From contig JAFGDD010000014.1 in assembly GCA_016932315.1 (NCBI GenBank), positions 1,924 to 65,923 of the forward strand: a stretch of DNA of 64,000 nt, in the 5' to 3' direction. The DNA comes from Candidatus Woesearchaeota archaeon. Its GTDB lineage: Archaea > Nanobdellota > Nanobdellia > Woesearchaeales > SM23-78. Below the pieces are notes generated by a model. That model worked only from the letters and a program-made list of their open reading frames with translations. It made no database searches and was not told the origin of the DNA. Both the position numbers and the translations under genes were made by a program. Shown here piece by piece: positions 58,535 to 64,000 of the stretch. Position 1 is the stretch's first letter, and each line of letters begins with the position of its first letter.

Positions 58535-58768
58535 CTAATCATGCTCCTCAAAAGCCTTGTCCTGCTCCTTGTCGTTTTTTCTTAGCCATTCCATGAGCAT
58601 GGCAGCATGCTCTTTCTCCTCGTCACGGTTGTGCCCGAGGATATTCTTTAGAACAGGGTCTTTGGCATCTTCCATTCTGGTCTCGTACCAGTTGATGGCC
58701 TCAAGCTCCTCTATCATGCTCTGCCTTGCTTTCTTTAAGTCAGTGTTTTCAACTTCTTTTGCGTACAT
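58535..58768 (-). CDS. Encapsulated-ferritin-like (EncFtn) protein
   Basis: SMIEELEAINWY..HNRDEEKEHAAMLMEWLRKND. Confidence 0.88.
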   Translation of the reverse strand: MYAKEVENTDLKKARQSMIEELEAINWYETRMEDAKDPVLKNILGHNRDEEKEHAAMLMEWLRKNDKEQDKAFEEHD

Positions 58769-58836
58769 TTTTATGCCACCCCTATTTTATTAAACCTATT
58801 TTTAATGAAAATTAATCCTATTTTTAAATATTAGCA

Positions 58837-59721
58837 TCACTCTTCTACATTTCTTTGCCTAATATTTTTTAAAGTATTCGAAAAAATCCCTGTGAACTGC
58901 TTATCATAAGCATTAACAGGCTTCATCTTGATGGTTGACTCCATTATTCTCTTGCTATAAGGTATCCTTCCTATTACAGGTATCTTGTTCTTACTTGCAA
59001 ATGCCTCTATCTTCCTGCAAAAGCTCTTTGAAAGGTTGTGCTTGTTTATCATTAGACCGCAGGGAATCCTGAAATGCCTTATAACCAGCAATACCCTTTG
59101 CAAGTCGCTTAATGCAGAGGGTGATGGCTCTGTTACTGCCACTGCATAGTCTGAGCCTGCTATAGAAGCAATTACTGGGCATCCGATTCCTGCTGCAGAG
59201 TCCACAATCATTGCTTCCATCTTTCTATTTGCTGCTATTTTCTCAGCCACCCTTATAGTCTCTACAACCAGCTCCCCTGATACTGGCTCTCCTACTTTAA
59301 GCTCTCCTGACACCAGGTTTATTCCAAAGTTTTTCCCATCATAGACAGAGCCTATTTTTTTGCTGCCTTCTTTTATGGCTCCTGAAGGGCAGACTGCCAT
59401 GCAGGCCTTGCACCCAGTGCAGGTTTCAGGCACAAAAGCAGGGTATTTCCCAGGCACAAACACTATGGAATGCTGCTTGCAGATTTCAGCGCATTTGCCG
59501 CACTTAGTGCACTCGTCCAGTTTGAACTCTGGTATGAACTGAAGCACATCCTTAATCTTCTTTCTTTTCACAGAAAGTATAAGGTGGTCATTAGGGCAGT
59601 CAACATCAGCATCTACAAGCAAAGTTTTCTTTGTCTTTGAAAGCTCATACGCCAAGGCTGCTGCTACAGTCGACTTACCTGTTCCGCCTTTTCCTCCAGT
59701 CACCACTATTCTCATTGCCAT
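58837..59721 (-). CDS. MinD-superfamily P-loop ATPase with inserted 2x[4Fe-4S] ferredoxin (COG1149)
   Basis: GGKGGTGKS, DADVDCPN, two CxxCxxCxxxC motifs, GIGCPVIAS. Confidence 0.93.
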   Translation of the reverse strand: MAMRIVVTGGKGGTGKSTVAAALAYELSKTKKTLLVDADVDCPNDHLILSVKRKKIKDVLQFIPEFKLDECTKCGKCAEICKQHSIVFVPGKYPAFVPETCTGCKACMAVCPSGAIKEGSKKIGSVYDGKNFGINLVSGELKVGEPVSGELVVETIRVAEKIAANRKMEAMIVDSAAGIGCPVIASIAGSDYAVAVTEPSPSALSDLQRVLLVIRHFRIPCGLMINKHNLSKSFCRKIEAFASKNKIPVIGRIPYSKRIMESTIKMKPVNAYDKQFTGIFSNTLKNIRQRNVEE

Positions 59722-59781
59722 AATATCACCTTTGTAATGGTAATAATCTCAGATGCACACCCCTTATTATTTATATTATCT

Positions 59782-60171
59782 TTATCTATATTGATGGTGC
59801 ATCATCGGCCCTGTTGGTTCATCAATCTTCTTGAGCTTGCCATCAGCAAATGCTTTGATAGCATCAATTATTTTCCCAGTCACAGGGTAAATGCCTATGT
59901 TGAACTGGCTGAAGACGCTAAAAGCTCTTGGTCCCACATTTCCTGTGAGGACTGCCTGAGCTCCTTTTTTTGCCACTAGCTCTGCTGATGTTATGCCAAC
60001 TCCTCCTGTTTGGTTGGCGCTTGTGTTCTCAACTACCTCGTGCCCTTTGATTTCTTTGCCCTCTAATTCCACAAATATAAAATAAGGGCACCTACCGAAT
60101 CTCATATCGACTTCGCTCTCCAAGCTATTGCCTGCTGCACTTATGGCTATTTTCATGTTTTCACCTTGCAA
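59782..60171 (-). CDS. NifB/NifX family (COG1433) protein
   Basis: MKIAIS, RFGRCPYF, GNVGPRA. Confidence 0.92.
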   Translation of the reverse strand: MQGENMKIAISAAGNSLESEVDMRFGRCPYFIFVELEGKEIKGHEVVENTSANQTGGVGITSAELVAKKGAQAVLTGNVGPRAFSVFSQFNIGIYPVTGKIIDAIKAFADGKLKKIDEPTGPMMHHQYR

Positions 60172-60218
60172 GTTTATTTCTCAAAGTTATTTCTGATTCT
60201 AGTCTGGTTTCAGCAATT

Positions 60219-60470
60219 TTACTCAAGCTCTTTCAGCCGTTTGTCTATAGCTGCTTTCTCTGCTTCAAGTATTTTCTTTTGCTCTTCCTTACTTAATTCA
60301 ACTGGCTCATTCAAGCCAAAGTCTCTGGCAAATCCAAATCCTCTGCCAAAGCCCCTGCCTTGACCTCTTCCGAATCCTCGGCCTCGAGCAAGCCCTCTTC
60401 CGCAAGGCCCTAAGCCCCTGCCTGTTGCAGGTCCTTGTCCTAAGGGTCCTGTTCCGTCTCCTCCTGGCAT
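60219..60470 (-). CDS. DUF5320 family protein
   Basis: MPGGDGTGPLGQGPATGRGLGPC, GRG repeats, C-terminal coiled coil; GGAGGTG RBS. Confidence 0.9.
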   Translation of the reverse strand: MPGGDGTGPLGQGPATGRGLGPCGRGLARGRGFGRGQGRGFGRGFGFARDFGLNEPVELSKEEQKKILEAEKAAIDKRLKELE

Positions 60471-60509
60471 AATTTTCACCTCCTGCATTTTTATTGTTTT
60501 CTCTCGGAA

Positions 60510-60549
60510 TTGAATACAAATTCAAAACCAATAATGAATAAGTATTCAT
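60510..60549. promoter_or_regulatory. Paired palindromic operators of the DUF5320-NifX operon
   Basis: TTGAAT-ACAA-ATTCAA (60510) and ATGAATA-AG-TATTCAT (60534) directly downstream of a minus-strand BRE/TATA. Confidence 0.6.
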
Positions 60550-60639
60550 AACTAGTATATAAAGTTTTCGGAATTAGAGCGAAAAAAAGTTTAGAAAACC
60601 ATATATTCAAGCCATGTTAAAATAGAAAAAAGAAAAAAT

Positions 60640-61032
60640 TTATTGTTTAGGCTCCTCTTTGGCTTTCCGGTAATCGTTAATAATATCTTTTGTATGCGCC
60701 AGCACTTCATTAGCCGACTCCATTATTTTGGCAACTGCTTCAGTTATTTTTTCTAAATTAGAGCCCTGCCCCAAATCCTGCTCCTGCCTTCCATCATAGG
60801 GCCAAGGCGCATTAGGCCCAAATCCAAGCCCTCTACCAAAGCCCATGCCTCTACCAAAGCCAGCGCCCCTGCCGCCGCCAAAAGCTCTTCCTCTGCCGCC
60901 TCCATAAGGAGCAGATCCTCTTCCTGCCCCGCGAGGCGCATAACCCGCCCCTCCTGTGGGTCTGCAATAACCCATACCACGGCCGGTCCGCGACCCTTCT
61001 CCTCTCGGCCCTGTTCCATCATATCCTGGCAT
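60640..61032 (-). CDS. DUF5320-like Gly/Arg-rich protein
   Basis: MPGYDGTGPRGEGSRTGRGMGYC. Confidence 0.88.
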   Translation of the reverse strand: MPGYDGTGPRGEGSRTGRGMGYCRPTGGAGYAPRGAGRGSAPYGGGRGRAFGGGRGAGFGRGMGFGRGLGFGPNAPWPYDGRQEQDLGQGSNLEKITEAVAKIMESANEVLAHTKDIINDYRKAKEEPKQ

Positions 61033-61036
61033 AATA

Positions 61037-61411
61037 TCACCTCCTTTTATTCATAAATTGCCTTAATTTATTTAGAGTAATGTTGCTCAGGCCATGCTCC
61101 ATTTCGCAGGCATCCTTAAGAGCAATAGATTTGTTTACACCCAATATTTTGTGCAGAAAATTAAACAAGGTTTTATGTTTTTTATAGACTTCTTTTGCAA
61201 ATATTTTTCCGTGCCCAGTCAATTTTATCAAGCCATACCTCTCAAACTCAATCAGGCGAGCCTTTGACATTTTCCTGACGGCCTCAGTTACGCTAGGCAG
61301 CTTTACACCAAGGCTTTTTGCAACGTCCTTTACCCTCACCGCGCCTTTTTCCTGCTCTAAAAGATAAATAGCCTCAAGATAATCCTCAAAGCTTTTTGTT
61401 AGGCTACCCAT
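61037..61411 (-). CDS. DtxR/MntR family metal-dependent regulator
   Basis: EDYLEAIY, LGVKLPSVTE, DACEMEH. Confidence 0.95.
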   Translation of the reverse strand: MGSLTKSFEDYLEAIYLLEQEKGAVRVKDVAKSLGVKLPSVTEAVRKMSKARLIEFERYGLIKLTGHGKIFAKEVYKKHKTLFNFLHKILGVNKSIALKDACEMEHGLSNITLNKLRQFMNKRR

Positions 61412-61416
61412 ACAAT

Positions 61417-61435
61417 GTTAGGTTACACTAACTAA
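61417..61435. promoter_or_regulatory. DtxR-box-like operator
   Basis: GTTAGGTTACACTAACTAA between the TATA box and the dtxR start; resembles the DtxR/IdeR box. Confidence 0.65.
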
Positions 61436-61486
61436 TATTTAAAATTTTCGATAAATTTTATATACTCAAAAAAAAACACTTTTCAT

Positions 61487-62155
61487 ATGAATAAAATAAA
61501 GCTAACATATACCCTGCTCTACAACTCCTACGGCCCCCAGGGATGGTGGCCTCTTACTTCTAAGTATAAGTTCATCCCGGAGCACAAGGGCGAAAAGCCT
61601 GACACTGAGCAGAGGAAGTTTGAAATAATTATCGGTGCAATAATGACGCAGAACACTGCTTGGGCTAATGTTGAAAAGGCAATAATCAACCTCAACAAGA
61701 AAAAGCTGCTTAGCATTGAAAAGATTAGGAAGCTGCCGGAAAAGAAGCTTGCAGAGCTAATCAAGCCGAGTGGATATTACAATCAGAAGGCTAAGAAGAT
61801 AAAGGCAATGATTAAGTTTCTTGATTCAAAAAAGCCAATTACCAGGGAAAACATTCTTTCTGTCTGGGGCGTTGGCCCTGAAACTGCTGATTCCATGCTT
61901 CTTTACGCTTATGAACAGCCTTATTTTGTTGTTGACGCTTACACCAAAAGATTATTTTCTCGGTTAGGTTTTTGCAATGAAAAAGATAGCTATGAATTTT
62001 TACAAGCATTATTCCATCAGAATCTTGACAAGAACGTTGATGTGTTCAAGGAGTATCATGCATTGATTGTCGAGCACTGCAAAAGGTTTTGCAGGAAAAA
62101 GCCTGATTGCAAAGGTTGCGTGCTGATGGAGGAATGCAGACATAATAAAAAATAA
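61487..62155 (+). CDS. Endonuclease III-related HhH-GPD protein
   Basis: GPQGWWP, TQNTAW, GVGPETAD, VVDAY, C-terminal Fe-S cysteines. Confidence 0.93.
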   Translation: MNKIKLTYTLLYNSYGPQGWWPLTSKYKFIPEHKGEKPDTEQRKFEIIIGAIMTQNTAWANVEKAIINLNKKKLLSIEKIRKLPEKKLAELIKPSGYYNQKAKKIKAMIKFLDSKKPITRENILSVWGVGPETADSMLLYAYEQPYFVVDAYTKRLFSRLGFCNEKDSYEFLQALFHQNLDKNVDVFKEYHALIVEHCKRFCRKKPDCKGCVLMEECRHNKK

Positions 62156-62164
62156 TTTTGACTG

Positions 62165-62288
62165 GTGAGCGAGCGCCTCAAAATGCTCGCTCATGATTCC
62201 GAAGGCGCTGCTCCCCGTATGGGGCAACCCCCGCGACGCGCTAGATTATTTTATCGAAGGCATTTTGCCTTAAGGCGCTCTTGCTCAC
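62165..62288. repeat. Structured intergenic element, family B copy 2 (inverted)
   Basis: Core GGCGCTGCTCCCCGTATGGGGCAACCCCC is the reverse complement of the 39471..39516 core. Confidence 0.8.
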
Positions 62289-62350
62289 AAAAAAATCCCA
62301 AAGGTTTATATAATCCTGAGGAAAAGGTAAGTGCATGTTGAGGTGAGGAT

Positions 62351-63079
62351 TTGGAGCTGGGCGTTGTCGTGCTAATACTTCTGGGAGTTATCATCATCCT
62401 GGCAGTCTCAAAATTCTTTGGCAAAACAATCAAGCTTGTAGTGCACATAATGCTCTTTGTTATTGTGGTTCTAATCATTCTCACAGTGATAGTCTACAAA
62501 GACATGACAGAGATTAAGCAGAGCTTTAACACGCGCAACAACACATTCCTGCTTTATGAGAATAATCAGCTTTACACTGCAGTAACCCTTAAGCCATTGG
62601 TCAGCACCAACCTGAACCTTGAAAGCTTTTTGTACTTCACAAAATACGAGATGGATGGTATGAGGGAATCTATGAACAAAAAAAATTATCAGGCTATCCT
62701 GGAATCTCAAGCTCATAATTACAAGGTATTCATAATCAAGCCTATTATACTTAACAAGCCTTACAAACTTGATCTCGGAGTTGAACTTGACCAGAACGAC
62801 TTGCTTAACATCATCATGAGCAACGACTCATTCAAGGCATTAGCAGAGAAGACCAATGACACTTATGGCTTGTCTGTTGGCGACGTTCAGAGAGGATTAG
62901 TGGATTTGTACGGCAGCAGGGAGAAGCTTAAAGGCTACTTGCTCGCAGGACTCTTGGCAAATTATTTCCAGAGCCAGCAGCCAGGAGAATTAGTGCAGGG
63001 CATCAAGGAAAAAAGCATGATAGTATATCCTGAAAGCATCAGTTTCAAAGTAATTAAGTACATGCCCTGGATGGATTGA
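62351..63079 (+). CDS. Hypothetical membrane protein
   Basis: Two N-terminal TM helices; GAGGTGAGG RBS before the TTG start. Confidence 0.8.
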   Translation: MELGVVVLILLGVIIILAVSKFFGKTIKLVVHIMLFVIVVLIILTVIVYKDMTEIKQSFNTRNNTFLLYENNQLYTAVTLKPLVSTNLNLESFLYFTKYEMDGMRESMNKKNYQAILESQAHNYKVFIIKPIILNKPYKLDLGVELDQNDLLNIIMSNDSFKALAEKTNDTYGLSVGDVQRGLVDLYGSREKLKGYLLAGLLANYFQSQQPGELVQGIKEKSMIVYPESISFKVIKYMPWMD

Positions 63080-63168
63080 GAAGGATAAAGTTAATAAGAG
63101 CTTGACGAATTCAAGAAGAAAAGTTTTTATACTCAAACCACGCTTATTGATTAAAAAAGAGGTTAACT

Positions 63169-63612
63169 ATGGGTCTTCTTGACAGGCTGAGAGGAAAGAA
63201 AAGCGACGAGTTAGGACTAGATAACCTAGGCCCAGATCTTGGATCAATGCCTGATATGAACGCTCCTCTAGGCAGCCCTGACCCTAATTTTGGGATGCCG
63301 CCACCTGATATGCAGCAGCCAATGGGAGGACCAATGCCCATGGATATGCAACAGCAGGGCCCGCCAGGCAATTTCTCACCTGAATCAATGGGATTTGAAA
63401 GAGTCCAGCAAAATGGACTTCAAGGAAGCCAGGGTTATCCTCAGCCGCAGCAGAACTTAAATGAGATAAACATGGGCAAGGACTTGGAAATAATTAGCGC
63501 GAAGCTCGACGCCATCAAGGCAGAGCTTGACAGCATGAGCCAGAGAATGAAAAGGCTTGAAAGGATGGCTGAGGGAGAAGGCTCTTCTTTCAAGGACAAG
63601 TGGAATTATTAA
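63169..63612 (+). CDS. Hypothetical Pro/Met/Gln-rich protein with C-terminal coiled coil
   Basis: MGLLDRL N-terminus; KDLEIISAKLDAIKAELDS. Confidence 0.8.
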   Translation: MGLLDRLRGKKSDELGLDNLGPDLGSMPDMNAPLGSPDPNFGMPPPDMQQPMGGPMPMDMQQQGPPGNFSPESMGFERVQQNGLQGSQGYPQPQQNLNEINMGKDLEIISAKLDAIKAELDSMSQRMKRLERMAEGEGSSFKDKWNY

Positions 63613-63656
63613 ATTACTAGAAACATTTTTATTCTAAGAAAAAGTATGAATTATTA

Positions 63657-64000
63657 ATGAAGTCTTTTGCCCGCAACACAATAATATTAATAGCATTAGT
63701 TATTATTGATCAGCTTCTCAAATATTTTTTCGAGAAAACAAGGTTCTTTGCAGATCTTGGAATTTTTGCACTGCACTACGCCACCAACACTGGCGCAAGC
63801 TTTGGAATGCTGCAAGGCAATAATATCCTCTTCATATGGATAAGCATCATGGTTTTGGGCATTATAATGTTAAATGCCGACAAGATAAAGAAAGAGCACA
63901 CTATTCCATTAATTCTTATTGTTTCAGGCATCATAGGCAACCTTATTGACAGGATATTCCGCGGCTATGTTGTTGACTTCATTGACTTCAAGTTCTGGCC
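63657..64000 (+). CDS. lspA: Signal peptidase II (LspA), 3'-truncated by window edge
   Basis: IDQLLK, NTGASFG, GNLIDR, GYVVDFID. Confidence 0.9.
   Translation, partial: MKSFARNTIILIALVIIDQLLKYFFEKTRFFADLGIFALHYATNTGASFGMLQGNNILFIWISIMVLGIIMLNADKIKKEHTIPLILIVSGIIGNLIDRIFRGYVVDFIDFKFW

Noticed and set aside
58837-60171. Nitrogen fixation genes
   Set aside because: COG1433 and COG1149 proteins are widespread without nitrogenase; no nifHDK here.

Overview
Archaeal chromosomal segment. The archaeal ribosomal and translation genes, GINS, Alba, Sm and S-layer genes, the tandem Lrp and TrmB regulators and a bacterial-type LspA point to a DPANN lineage such as Woesearchaeota (inference). It contains housekeeping genes (argS, purA, rpe/rpiB/tkt, aIF2-alpha, nop10, rps17e/27e/8e, rpl44e/37e), a large type IV pilus locus, an S-layer gene, a surface-protein operon, a metal/Fe-S cluster, and an AT-rich nucleotide-enzyme operon at the left edge (methyltransferase, CYTH, Pol-beta-like nucleotidyltransferase, dTMP-kinase-like, TIM barrel). 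The most striking signal is non-coding. tRNA-Arg(UCG) carries a 193-nt T-loop intron. tRNA-Leu(UAG) carries four introns, two of them stacked at one site, plus a duplicated 3' end. These introns are built from the same short hairpin modules found in several intergenic elements, often arranged as X-hairpin-inverted X-hairpin-X. This suggests an undescribed family of modular hairpin insertion elements that also generates tRNA introns. All calls are from manual reading of motifs; no searches were run.
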